A DNA stretch of 64,000 bases. It comes from Eledone cirrhosa. Taxonomy: Eukaryota. The notes under the pieces were generated by a model. That model had not been told where the DNA came from and did no database searches. It worked only from the letters and a program-made list of their open reading frames with translations. The position numbers and the translations under genes were made by a program. The stretch covers positions 159,712,001 through 159,776,000 of the forward strand of contig OZ024742.1 of the NCBI GenBank assembly GCA_964016885.1, written 5' to 3'. This document shows, in pieces, positions 42,649 through 62,291 of this stretch (the stretch's first letter is position 1; every line of letters starts with the position of its first letter).

Positions 42649-45600
42649 AAACGTAAACAGAAATAACAAAGCAAACAGCAGAGAACAATGAAGATATGTA
42701 TTAGTTTAACACTTGAAATAATAGGTAAAGAGGCTTAACGTTTTGGACACTAGACTTATGATAAACATGGTGACTAATCAGGGTTGCATATGCAACACAC
42801 CAATCAGTGAATAATGATACAATTCGATTTAAGCACTCAACAACATGTATTTTCTTCCAAATATGATTTGTCAGTCAGTGAAGGAGTATATGTGGAATAA
42901 GGAAAATGCAGAGTTCAGTGTAGATGTTTAAAAATCCTTTATTTCAATGGCGATCGTGGCTATGGGATTGTTCATGCAATAGCATCTTATGATTACGTTT
43001 CTCAGGCAACCCAATCTGAAGACAAAGGAATGGATAGAAATGATGTTTTCATAGCTGAAGTCCATTCCCACATATATATATATATATATATATGCATGTA
43101 TCTCTCTCTCTCTTTATTTATATATATCTCCATATTTAGTCGACATGAGAGAAAAGAGAATTCAATACCGAAGTAGAGTTCAAATATTCATTTTATTAAG
43201 GCTAAATTGTGAGTCCTGTTACTCTGAAGTTTTACCTACTTGCTCTCAGTCATATATATATATATATGTACATATACACACACACATATACGCACATAAT
43301 TATGAGTTGAAGTTACGAGTCTTCCAGCTAAGCGAACAAACTCTTTCATATTGTTTAACAATGTGGATTCCTGTATTCCTCAAATCCCTTCTAGTCATCA
43401 TTTCTAGTTGAAATAATCTATAAACTGAGGTTCAAGGTTAAACAACTGTGATAAAAGCCAGAGATCAAGGAATAAGCTTTTGAGGGATATTTGTTGGAGA
43501 TAATAATTTTTTTATTGATATTTTCTTAATGCAATATTTTTGAATATTTCTATATATTAACTCCTTTGTTATTTCTAAAGAAAGACACTGCCTATGATTT
43601 TCAAATAATTTTGAAAATAGTGAAGAATTTGGTAAGATTTACAGTAGTAGCTGATAGAACATTGGATATTTTTTTACATAAAATTAAGAGGAATGCTTTT
43701 GTTTTTGTTTTTTTTTAGAAACATATAAACAGTTTTCATTCTTATATAGAACTATGATGGAAGGGTTTTGAGTGAATATATATAAACATATAAACATTTT
43801 ATAACAAACAGGTTTGTATCACAGCACCAGAGGCAGTTTCATGAGATTTGTTATCAAGTATGTTAAGATGGTGTTTGGTATATGAGACCAGCATAGATGT
43901 TACAAAATAAGAATTATTTCAGATGGCATTTTGTGAGTTTACTGTATTAAGTGGTTGGTATTATGAAAAGCATCCAACTTTAGAAACCATGGTAAAACCA
44001 CAGTAAGCAAGACATAGTGCCTGGCTTGTCTAGGAGGACATTAGTTCTGAGTAAGTACCAACTTGGTCTCTGATGTCCTATACAATCTATGCTAACATGA
44101 AAGAACAAATTTTAAATGATGATGATGACAACACATATGAGTTCAACAATAAGCTATAATATGAATTTAGGCAAGTATCATCATCTTCCTTCCATGGAAT
44201 AGAAACTAAAATGGCTGTAAATAGTTTTGAAGACACAGATAAAAATATAATTTTTCATTTTTAATATTATACAAGCACTTTATATAATGTTTATGATTTA
44301 CAAATGTAATAATGTGATTTATCAGTGAAGACATCTGAGGTGGCTGGGCTGCTAACAACAAAGTTTTTATCAATGTTGGTCATCTTACTGAAATATCAGG
44401 TGATGCTTTGGAGGTTGATTGGCTATTCCACTGCAAAGGTCTTGCTATCACCCATGGTAATCTCATAAGTATCTTGGTTTTTTCCAAAAATTGTAATGTA
44501 TCATTGGGAGTCTTTTATTTGTTTCTTTTGTAAATCATAATCATCAATAATAATAAAAAAAAAAAAATTCTAGACAAAATGAAATCGCTTGATCTAATGG
44601 AACTGGTCAAATTATCACAGTTTGGGGAAACAATCTACTTAAAACTTTTATATTATGATGATGCTAATGTAGCTCTCGCTGCTGTTATTACTGCTGCTAT
44701 TAGTAATGCAATATCTGTGAAACAACTGTTAACATTAATCACATATAATGGCATTTGAATTCTAAGAATAGGGGGTGCTCAGCTTGTGAATTGGCTAATA
44801 GTAGCACATAACTTGCTTTGCAATTTTTCACTTTTATTTAAATCTTTATAATAGCTTTTACCCACAAACAGTTGTTCAAAGGCAGAAAAGTATGCTCAGT
44901 GGAACACAGATAGTTTCTAAGCTTAAATATGTATTTTTTCATATATAAATGCTGTATTTTGATAATTAATACACTATCTTCCGGAAAATAAAAAAAATAA
45001 CAAAACATTATAGTTTGCATATTTTGTTGGTTGAATGTTTGAATTAATTCAAAATTTAAATTTTATCTTGAAAAAAAAAATTATTCAAATTGGGATAAGA
45101 GCATCACACCTAAGGAAGGAACTCCAGACGGTGGGATGGCTAATGCAGCAGGTATCACTGGCTGCTCTGCTCTCCAACACTCACTGTTTTGTCTGTGGTG
45201 TGCAGGTGAGATATATTATCCAGCCAAGGATATAGAGTTTGCTCCCTTGCCATTTTTCTCCACCTTTTTTTTCTGCTCAAAATTGATACTTTTCCCTCTT
45301 AAACTGTAATTATGTCCTATTTTAGCAGAGAAACAAGGGTTACCTCACTTCTTTTCTAGCAGATCTAGTGAATAATTAGGAACTCTGTTATTGGATCATT
45401 ATTGTGCACAGTTCCAGCACATGACTGCTGATTTATGTCTTAAAAATTGCCAATCGGCACCCAAACGTTTGATGGTAGATGAAGCCCTATATTTGGGTGG
45501 ATTGGTTTCTCATGTTGATCATACGTTTATATCTGTTAAATCCCATCATAGCTGAAAATGCAATTCACCAGATTCAAGTATCATTTCAGTATAGTTGTTT

Positions 45601-46279
45601 GATGTTACACATTAAATTGTGAGATCTAATACATGTCTGAGAGAAAAGTAGGGAATCAATGCAAGGTTGACATGTGTAAATTGTCTCCCTCTGTTTGTAG
45701 TGAGGATATTTTAGACATTTGAATAGGATATGTGAGGAAGTGCCCTCCACAGTGGGTCAGATGGTCAGGAGAATAGGCTTTCTGGTTTGAAAGGCCTTAG
45801 GCTTCTCAAAAAGCCTTTATTTCATATAAAGTCATTCAAGACATATACATGGTTTTCTAAAGCTCTAGAGGTTCTCATATCCACAGTTTTAAGGGACACA
45901 ACATGAGTATATGTCGGCTTAAAATAACCCGCAACTAAGCTGATATAGCATTGTCAATTAAAAAGAAAACAATCCAATTTTACAGATCACACCGAGAAAA
46001 CTGCATCTCTGTTAGTCTTACCATTACTGATACTATTTGCCAGTCACAACTCTTGGCATCATTATTTTTCAGGTGACAAGAGGTGAGATTTTAACATACA
46101 ACGCACAGCACTAGAACAGATACTTTTTACCGACTCTGTCAATCCAAGGCAATGGACAGATCTCAGAAAGAATAAAAAGCAAAGGTAACCTCAGTAGCAT
46201 TTGAACTCAGAACACAGAGAACTAGAACATATACCGAGGTATTTAATCCAACCTCAAAATGATTAAATTGCATATATGA

Positions 46280-46615
46280 TTACCCTGTGCCCCTGGATAA
46301 GAGGCAGGTGTCTTATCTGGGACGTCACAGTTAGTGACTCTTTTGCTTCTTCCACATCCTGGATGCTGCAGTTAGGGCAAGAGCTACAGCTACCGTAACC
46401 GAATGAAACAAAATTCTGAAATACCAAGATCTATCAGCAAATTACCTTTTCCAGCCTGTGGCGTTTGAGGGAATTGGGCTGCTAACTGGTAGGTTCTTGC
46501 CTTCACTGGTGGCTCGCCTAACCGAAGCAACTGGAAATGCTTGTGAAGGTGCTTGGCTGTTCTAGCGCATCAGCCTCGCCATCATCCGAGGTAACGCTGC
46601 GAGCGTGCTGGCTTG
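46280..46615 (+). mobile_element. CRE-clade retrotransposon fragment (restriction-like endonuclease region)
   Basis: Translates PWIRGRCLIWDVTVSDSFASS...KILKYQDLSANYLFQPVAFE. Related scraps at about 45170, 47280 and 48895. Confidence 0.7.
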
Positions 46616-49600
46616 CCTCACAAATTATTAGAGAGGTTTTCCACTGCTCCTCGCGATATCGTTATCTTTTATACTGGCAGCTGTTCGTTTGTCCACCCTT
46701 TTCACCTACCTTTTGTTATATGTGGCTCTAGATTTGTGTATTACCTGCTTGTGTGCGATTATTTACTTTTGTAATGCTATCGACCGTTTCTTTATGTGAG
46801 TGAAAGCATATACAATAGGGAAAAATAAATTCTGAGGGAGATTCTCGTATATTTATTATATATAAACATATCATTTATGGTTTCACATACACCTCTATGA
46901 CGGACCACGCTTCGTTTAGTGTCATTTTTAATTACCTATCGTCTCTTTATATAGAGATTCTGCCAGAGAAAATCCATTCAAAGAGTTTTCTGATTTAGCA
47001 TTAAAACATCTTATTTTACCACATTCAAATGTATGTAGATATATTATTCACAGTTATATAAATAACATTACAAATTGTTAATAATGCTTACAGAATGAAA
47101 ATATAAAACACATATAATAAATACAATTAATTATTGCTAGGAACCTCATAAATATAAAACACAAAAATATATGATCAAGGCGAGAGAAAAAGAAAAGGGG
47201 AAAAAAAACAACCATCAATTCTCCACCAAGTGCGACAATCGACCACACATCACACGGGTCAACGGAAAATTTTGAGGTAAGCCAACATGCTCGCAGCATT
47301 ACTGGTGAGACTAAGGCGCTGAAACAACCAAGCACCCCCACGGGCACTGAAATGTTGATGTGGAAAGACTTTTTAGTTTCATGAGTGTTATTCATACAAA
47401 ATTGTGTAATCGTACGATACTTTGGGAGAAATTTTATCTGTAAAATATGGTCTAAAGATTCAGTTATAAATTGGCATAGGAACAATAGAAACTTATAATC
47501 TGGCTCCAGAAGAAAAACTTATAAGGATATCAAAACAAAATAATATTTTTACCCAAGAGTAGGTATTGTACTGCTCTGCGCATGTACATTCCCTCCACAC
47601 ATACAACGTAGGAAAAGTTTATGAAAACTGAACGTCTTGTTCTTCTGCATTCATTTGAAAAGACGATCTTTACCTTGAAATATTGCAAAGAAATATATTA
47701 GGTAAAACATTATTTTGTTTTGACATATTTTTTACCCCAGTATCACCATTACATTTATATCCGCATTGTACCATCTTTCTGAACAACTTATTATTTATAA
47801 TAAATCTCACAAGGCTTCGTGTAAATTATAGTTTTTTGGAGGGAGGGGGAATTTAGGGCATATTTTAGTACCCTTATAACCATAATTTAATGCATTTAAT
47901 CTTGTAAATTTGGCAACACTGCCGAATAGCTGTCTACCATCGGCCCGTGAATTTTTCTATCTTTCTTATTCATTTCGTTGTTTTCGATCACAACCAAAAG
48001 ATTTTTATATAGTTTTGTCAGGAAATGAGATTTCTACAAGCTGTAACCATGTCGATGTAGCATACCAACAAATGAAACATTAGGGCTTGGACAGTTTATG
48101 ACAAACATAAAAGTTACAGTCTACATACTACAGGTATTCCATACAGGTACTTTGAGAATTTTGAATTGATTAATAAGGGTTTAACAAATCCGGCTTTAGA
48201 AGTGTATTAATTTGTGCCCGTTAAATACAGTTACATTCTGTACTTTGTTTATTTTATATTTTAAGTATATATTTAGTCTGTATCCAGAAATTCAGACCAC
48301 CTCCAATTCCAAGTTTGTCGGATAAATCTTCTATATAAATAAGAAAAATAGTCAAAATGCAATGTGCTATAGAAATAAGACGAGTGTGATTAGTTTTAAT
48401 TTTAATTTATTATGGGAATAGCATTTTCATATAAACGAATATTTATTTATTAAACATGTAAAGTAGTCTTTCTGGTAAATATGTTGCTTATTTCTATCCA
48501 GTCGTGCTATGAGCCGTTAACTCCTGTTAAAGTCGGAGGCATCTGGCGAAGACCACCCTTCTGCAAATTTCTTCCAGAGAATGAGAAAGAGAAAAAATTG
48601 ACTTCAATACTGGATAGGTATTGAGTTGTCGACCACGAAAATAATGAAACATAAATTTAACCTCGGTAGGATTTGAACTCAGAGTCTAGACAGTCAAATA
48701 ATAACACAAAGCATTCTATCCGATGTTCCAATGATTTGGCCAATTCGCCGCTTTCTTATCTAGTGAATGAGGAAAATCGGTTTAATATACAAGACTAATA
48801 AATAATTTTACGAGTGGGTGTAATGGATTTGCAGAATTTTTTGAGCGTCAGACAAAATGACTTGCTGCAATTTGCTATGGAGGAGTCTATATAAACCTGT
48901 CACTGTCGAGACCTCAGGCGTACTTGGACAAGATTGGAATATCAACAGCCCGTCTGCAGAAGGAACTCCGCGAGGTGGGGTGGCTGTTGCAGCGAGTGTC
49001 ACTGACCATTGTCCGCGGGGCGGAGACCCTACACCGGCACGCCCTAGGCATAGAGCCCATCACCCTCCCCCTTCCCCCTCCCATTCTTTTCTCACCCTTT
49101 CCCTTCTTTTTCCGTTTTCATAACCACAAAAGACACTTGCGTCTTTTACAATAAAACATTTATTTGAAGAGTAAAAAAAACATTAGAGAATAAATTTGTA
49201 TAGCACATATCTAAGGGCGGTGGATTAGCAGTATCTGTAGAACATCGAACAACATGCTATGAGGCGTATAGTTACGTCCCTTTATGTCCTGAGTTCAAAT
49301 CCCGATAAGGGTAGCTTTACCTTTCATCCACACAGGGTCGATAAAATAATGTACCAGTAACGTATTGGGGTCGATTTAATCGATTTTCCCCCTTCCAATT
49401 GAATTGCTGGTCTTGTACCAAAAGAAGAAACAATTATTTACACGTATCTAAGGGCGATGGATTGACATTATCGGTAGAGCGTCAGACAAAATGCTTTGCG
49501 ACATTTGTTAAGACTTTCTACGTTCTGAGTTCAAATACCTCCACGACCAACTTTACCTTTCATTGATAAAATAATGTACCAGTCAAGCACTGGCGTGTAA

Positions 49601-50011
49601 TTGATAAACATATACATACACACAAAAGGAAATTATTGGTCTTCGGCCTAAAATATAAACCAAAGATTTTATGAGATGTTTTTTAATTGCCTCCATTTCC
49701 CAGAGAGACAAAAAAGCCAATTGCATCTGCTTGACCATAACCTACAATAAATAAAGAGAGCAAAAACTAGAATCTAATGAAAGTAGTAAATGTCTTGTTG
49801 GAAGACATATTACACGCTGAAAACTATATTAATAGATATGTATCATCGAACCATTTCAAACGTAAATAACTATATATATGTAGAAGGTGAGTAATAGTGT
49901 AGAACAATAAAACAATAAAACTATATATCAGATAAGTAGCACTCAACAGTTGGTAGTACTGGAGTATATATAATAAAGAAGAAATTAAAAGATGGTTAAA
50001 AGAGTTCCATA

Positions 50012-50081
50012 TATTTTATTATGCGCATTTCGAATACAAAATCATCCTGGGATAAAAATTGTGTTCTCATCAGATAAAATA
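50012..50081 (-). ncRNA. Minimal type I hammerhead ribozyme motif
   Basis: Minus strand: TATTTTAT-CTGATGA-gaacacaa..ttgtattc-GAAA-TGCGCA-TA^ATAAAATA. The mirror copy at 51769-51838(+) has the core mutated to ATGAGGA. Confidence 0.8.
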
Positions 50082-50333
50082 AGGTAACATGCTATGAGGC
50101 ATAATAGCACTTGTTTACAGGAAAGCGTTAAGTCTACATATGACAGAAATATAAGTGTTAATACTATAGTAAGAAATAGATAGGAAAATAGAAGAAAAGG
50201 AAAGAAGAGGAGAAAAAGAAAGAGTAGAAAGGAAAAAAAAGAAGAAAAAAGGAAGAGAGAGAGAGACTTTTCATCAGGAACGTTGTCAAAATGAAAACAG
50301 CTGTAAATAACGGTTAAAAGGTAAATTGTGCGA

Positions 50334-50348
<15 letters not shown>

Positions 50349-50366
<18 letters not shown>

Positions 50367-51060
50367 TTTTACTATAAAGAAACTTTATTGTGTTGTATTA
50401 AATGAAATAATTGTATTTAACTAATGTATTGGTACGCGATAGGGCCCACCCACAGCCCCGGCGGACAGAATGGAGAAGGCGTTTCCTTGGAGGACGGCAA
50501 GGGGGACACGCTGGAAAAGCCACTCCAACTCGCGGGGCTCACACCTGCGGCTGGCCAGCTCAGCGCCTATGGTAGTGAGTAAGGAGGTAGCCCTGGGGCC
50601 GAGGACACCAGAAGTTTCCACTCCCACTGGAACGACCGCAATGAGGAACTGCTTCGCCATGCCGAAGCTCCTCTATACACCCCGCAGCGCTCCATGCTAC
50701 ACCCAGACATCTCTCCTCGCTGACCTCGATACTTGTATCCGAGCAGCAGCCGAGGGGATATGCAACGTCAAGTTTGACGACATAGGGTGGCAACAGGCCA
50801 CTTTACCGGTCAGATATGGCGGCCTAGGCCTCCGGTCCCCGATCTCACGAGCTTTGCCGGCGTATCTTTCGTCGGTAACCTCGTGCTGCGTCCTCGTCAG
50901 CAGGGTTCTTCAAAACACAACAGAACCCTCTGTGTTCAGAGAACGCGAGGCCGCCTGTGAGACGTGGAACTTACTGGGACTTAGCCCAGTAGACGTCTAT
51001 CCCCCTTCTCCCGCTGTTGACGTCAAGTCCCCCCAACGCACTTGGGATGCCATCCAGTGC
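50349..51060 (-). mobile_element. CRE-clade non-LTR insertion with 5' inversion
   Basis: Poly(A) seen as a T-run at 50349-50370, plus ORF C-terminus PVGVETSGVLG..WLFQRVPLAVLQGNA on minus. Upstream region PKLLY..QATLPVRYGGLGLRS on plus (about 50637-51060). Confidence 0.8.
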
Positions 51061-52161
51061 AGGTCTAAATATAGAAACTGGGTATATTATTTTATATTCG
51101 GTTTAAATACTAAACATTGGATTAAGAAGTGTATTAATAAAATAAAATAAATATAAAAAAAAAGATTTTTATAAAATAAAATAAAAAATAAAAATAGTCT
51201 ATTTATGTCAAAATTAATAATTTCTAGTAAAAATCTATATATGTGGGGGTATAATTTAATTTTTTATTTTATATGAACAAGTAAATAAAGGAAATTGCTA
51301 GAAAGATTTATAAACGTAGAAAAACATATGACGTCATAATTTGTTTACAAAATCTACGAAGGTTTGAACGAAAATCATTTTTTATATTTATTTTAATTTA
51401 TTTTATTTTATTAATACATTTCTACACTTCTTAATCCAATTTTTAGTATTTAAACCCAATATAAAATAATATACCCAGTTTCTATATTTAGACCTATAAT
51501 ATTCGCACAGGCACCTCATCAATTTACTTATTAACCGTTATTTACAGCTGTTTTCATTTTGACAACGTTCCTGATCAAAAGTCTCTCTCTTCCTTTTTTC
51601 TTCTTTTTTTCCTTTCTTCTCTTTCTTTTTCCTTTTTCTCCTCTTCTTTCCTTTTCTTCTATTTTCCTATCTATTTCTTACTATAGTATTAACACTTATA
51701 TTTCTGTCATATGTAGACTTAACGCTTTCCTGTAAACAAGTGCTATTATGCCTCATATCATGTTACCTTATTTTTTATGAGGAGAACACAATTTTTATCC
51801 CAGGATGATTTTGTAATCGAAATGCGCATAATAAAATATATGGAACTCTTTTAACCATCTTTTAATGTCTTCTTTATATATATACTAGCATTAAAGCCCA
51901 GCGTTGCTCGGGGTCAGTAAGTTACCAAAGTTAGGTTGCACCACCCATTTTATGGCAGCACTTTTTTGTCTGCCAGGCACTGGGTGAATGAATTGCAGAC
52001 CTGGACTGCCGAAGCAGGAGCTGCACCAGCAGTGACAATTGTAGTTTCGCCTATGGATATTATCTCTGTGTAGAAGTGTTGAAATTTATTGTTTCACAGT
52101 ACTTGCGCAACACGCGCGTAGACGATGCCAGTCGAACAACAGAGCTGCGATGGAGTTGTTC

Positions 52162-52820
<659 letters not shown>

Positions 52821-52835
52821 AATATGTTGTATGTG

Positions 52836-53020
52836 TGTTTTCTAAATTTAAGACAGTAGGGAGGGGGTGTGATATGGGGGGAGAGTTAGCTGCTGTTTCT
52901 AGCAGTTTTAGTGACCTCATAGAGGATATGTTTTCTAAATTTAAGATAGTAGGGAGTGGTGTGATATGGGGGAGTGTTAGCTGCTGTTTCTAGCAGGTTT
53001 AGTGATCTCATAGAGGATAT
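52836..53020. repeat. Two-copy tandem repeat, unit about 93 bp
   Basis: TGTTTTCTAAATTTAAGAYAGTAGGGAG...GTTAGCTGCTGTTTCTAGCAG...CTCATAGAGGATA twice. Confidence 0.85.
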
Positions 53021-53574
53021 TATTGTGTATAGTAAATGAACTGATACTTCTTTCTTCCACGTTCGTTGATAGATGTTTTAAAAACGATTTATCGCTATTT
53101 TTGTTGTTGTTGAATAAATTTATCTGTTGTTTTTGAATAATTGTTGTTTCGTATGAAATGTAATAAGTTCTCTTTGTCATTGAAGTAAATAAATGTTTGA
53201 CCGTTCCTCACTCAAAAACAAACGTTTCTCTCTCTCTCCCTCTCACTCTCACTCTCTCTCTCTCTCTTAAAGTTTGTATGTTTAATCGTATATAAGAGAA
53301 AGTTGCAGCATGTATGTAGTTTTATCGAATTTTAAGGGGTGTAGAGAGAGAAAATCTGATTGTATTAGAGGGTTAAAGCGTCATGTATTTAGTTTTATCG
53401 ATTATTTCCGTAATTTTTGGTGAGTTTGAATGAAATAAATAGTCGTTGAGCTAGGTTAGACCATTGATAACATTCTTACAGACTTTGAGTTGAATCGGTT
53501 TGAAATTGTGCAAATGTATAAACATGGAACATGCACACACACACGCAACAACAATCTGCCTTTTATAGATAATG

Positions 53575-53632
<58 letters not shown>

Positions 53633-53710
53633 GGTAAACAGAAATAACACAATCGGTACAGTATATGGAAGGTATATATTAGGTTAACGCTTAATATAGT
53701 AGGAAGAGGG

Positions 53711-53746
53711 TCTTAACGTTTCGGGCGCTAGTCCTTCATCAGAAGA
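53711..53746 (-). ncRNA. Ultra-minimal hammerhead-like motif (Penelope pLTR type)
   Basis: Minus strand: TCTT-CTGATGA-A-GGACtagcGCCC-GAAA-CGTT^AAGA. 4-bp stem I, palindromic AACGTT, imperfect stem II. Confidence 0.5.
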
Positions 53747-54289
53747 AAGAATGAGAAATAAAATAGATTGAGGGGACGGGCGGGATAGAATTGGAAAAAA
53801 TGTCTTTAGATAAAAATAACAGGTCCATTCATGTTGACATCTCTTAGTAATAATAATAAATATTTCAATAAATATATATATATATGTGTGTGTATATATA
53901 CATATATATGTGTGTGTGTATATATGTGTGTATATATGTATATATATATGTGTGTATATATATGTATATATAAATATATATATATGTGTATATATATATG
54001 TAAATTATATATAGAGTTATAAACTCAAATAGTCGTTTACAATTAAATAGCTCAAAGAAAGGAATATTTCTGAGCCGTGTAATACAAATGAATATATGAT
54101 AGGGATAAACACTGATACAAGTATCCATGTGTTCGTATTGCAAATTACCAAGTTAGCTAGATTGAAAAATACTAATTAAAATAATACGGTTTGCCTGTCT
54201 CGATTTAAAATAATAAATCAATAAAAACAAACCTATATTGGCAATAGCCGTGATACCTGGACAAATTTAAAATATGTATATCATATATT

Positions 54290-54906
<617 letters not shown>

Positions 54907-54959
54907 AATTATTAAAAAAATAATGAATAAAACAATGAAACAGTTCCTTATATTAAACA

Positions 54960-60000
<5,041 letters not shown>

Positions 60001-61747
60001 TTAATGGCATTGCTGCCATTAACAAACAAACAAATTAACAACACACCAAAACAATTAAAACCATCCACTCTCGCCTCTACATTTTTGCTTAACGCCCAAG
60101 GCATCAGCCCTTCCACCAATACTCAAAAATGGAAGATCAAATTCCTGGAGGACTGGATTGATGTCCATCCAAACCACATCCCTTTCTTCGTCCTCACTGA
60201 AACCCATCTCAGTAACCTCCACTTGGAAGCCGAGGTGAAAGTGAAAAATTTCAAAGCCATCCGTGCTGATCGCGCTGGCAGAAGAAAGGGCGGAACTGCC
60301 ATTTATGTCCATAATTCTTTCTCAACAGAGGCTATGAACATATTCACTAATGGATACTGTGAGGCAGTCACTGTATTCAGTCAAACCAACAACCTATTAG
60401 TAGTTGGGCTCTATAGGCCACCCCAAACGCCTGTACCATGCTTCAAGGAATGCCTCAACAGCATAAAGTGTTTCATCCAAGAGTGTCACCCTGACAACAT
60501 CTTAATGATGGGGGACTTCAACCTCCCCGAGTTGACTGGTCCACAAACACCCTGCCACCAGGTTCTTCTGCCTCAACCTCTGACAGGGAAGCTGTGGAAT
60601 CGCTTCTTGACTTCATGGATGATTTCTTCCTATCCCAACTAGTGCTCGAACCAACGAGGTGCCACAAAAACGTCCTAGACTTAATTTTCAGCAATCACAC
60701 TGACAATATCCACAATATTGCAGTGGAGAAAACTCTACTCTCTGATCATGACATGGTTCTCTGTGATCTGAGATTCCACCGTCCAATATACAAACCCAAT
60801 GTCATTTCTCCTGTCCATCCGTTTGACGCTATGGATTTCCACAATGCAAACTGGGAAGCGATCAGTCATGATCTTGCACATGTCGACTGGTCCTTCACGC
60901 ACACTCATACACCCACTAACATCAAAAAGTCCTGGCAGACATTTGTGGACACTGTTACAAACATATGTGCTAAACACACCCCATTAAGAACTATAAACAA
61001 ATCTAAGAGCAGAATCCCTAGAAATAGAAAAACGCTCATCAGAAAAATTAAGAGAACGAACAAAAAAATCAACAATCTGAAATACTGTCAGCAGCAACAC
61101 ATCAACTTGACTGCCATTTCATCACTAGAGATTAAAAAACATAACCTCCAAAACAACATAATGTCCCTCATCAACAATCAGAGAAGAGCTGAAGAGGCCT
61201 GGGCCATTGAGAAGATCAAACTCAATCCCAAAGTGTTCTTTTCATTTGCAAAAAAACACAAAATCACTGGCTCTACTGTTGGCCCTCTAATTGATGAAAA
61301 TGGCACTCTTCAAGACAATGCTAAAACCATGGGTGAGATACTGCAGAAACAATACTGCTCTGTTTTCAGCAATCCTGATATGGCCGATCTGGGCTGTATC
61401 GGCGATGTTACTCCCCATTACACCTTATCGGACATAACGTTTGGCGCCCCTGATGTCTTGGCGGCAATAAAGGAAATCAAGCATAATTCAGCAGTAGGTC
61501 CCGATAGGTTCCCTGCTTGTGTCTTGAAGGCGTGTCAACACCAACTTGCTTCTCCTCTTGCCAATCTGTGGCGGAACTCACTGGATGCTGGATATGTGCC
61601 AGAAAACCTTCTATCCCAGTCTGTTGTCCCAGTTTTCAAAAAGGGAAACAAATCCCTTGCCGTGAATTACCGTCCAATCTCACTCACCTCTCATATCATT
61701 AAGGTATTTGAGCGAGTGGTGAGATCGCGAATGACCCACTTCCTTGA
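60001..61747 (+). mobile_element. CR1-like LINE ORF2 (APE endonuclease + RT N-terminus), frameshifted, truncated by gap
   Basis: [35 protein letters not shown], then LDLIFSN, LSDH, GPDRFP, PVFKKGNKS..NYRPISLTSHIIKVFE. Confidence 0.88.
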
Positions 61748-61947
61748 NNNNNNNNNNNNNNNNNNNNNNNNNNNNNNNNNNNNNNNNNNNNNNNNNNNNN
61801 NNNNNNNNNNNNNNNNNNNNNNNNNNNNNNNNNNNNNNNNNNNNNNNNNNNNNNNNNNNNNNNNNNNNNNNNNNNNNNNNNNNNNNNNNNNNNNNNNNNN
61901 NNNNNNNNNNNNNNNNNNNNNNNNNNNNNNNNNNNNNNNNNNNNNNN
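61748..61947. other. Assembly gap (200 N)
   Basis: Run of N. Confidence 0.99.
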
Positions 61948-62248
61948 TTTTTCTTTGAGCACATTATTGACAGGGAATAACGAGAGTCTATGGCTCCGTT
62001 AATTTATCGTGATATGTATATATATATATGTACATATCTATATATATATATATAGTAACAGCCGTACTAAGAGTATATATAAGTAACAGCCGTACTAAGA
62101 GTGGGAAATGAAATTTCGTTTCATTTTTTTCCGTTTATCGTTTTCGGTGCACCCGGCCGATTAACCCACTCGATATGCAAATTGGGCTACTCAGCCGTTA
62201 ATATGCATAAAGTAAGTATATACGTTCAACAATGTGGCAGGAAGGTAT

Positions 62249-62291
62249 ACGTTGCTGACGATAGCTAATAAGCTTGAAACTAGTACAGCGT
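62249..62291 (+). ncRNA. Minimal type I hammerhead ribozyme motif
   Basis: ACGTTG-CTGACGA-T-AGCT-aata-AGCT-T-GAAA-CTAG-TA^CAGCGT. 6-bp stem I with one G.U, palindromic ACTAGT, GUA site. Confidence 0.7.

Larger units (their letters stand above)
49965..51886. repeat. Giant inverted repeat (about 480-bp arms) with hammerheads, left arm split by a retrotransposon
   Basis: 49965-50340 plus 51061-51170 together mirror 51380-51886. The right arm ATTTAGACCTATAATATTCGCAC shows the two left pieces were once contiguous. Confidence 0.9.

Noticed and set aside
45343-45636. Possible minus-strand exon bounded by plausible AG/GT sites
   Set aside because: Stops in all three frames; cannot be supported without transcript data
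47531-47722. 22-bp inverted repeat around CTGCGCATG (promoter or MITE?)
   Set aside because: AT-rich short arms, no TSD and no linked gene
50265-50300. CTGATGA on minus strand (similar isolated hits at 5742, 12326 and 43016)
   Set aside because: No correctly placed GAAA with stems I-III; not hammerheads
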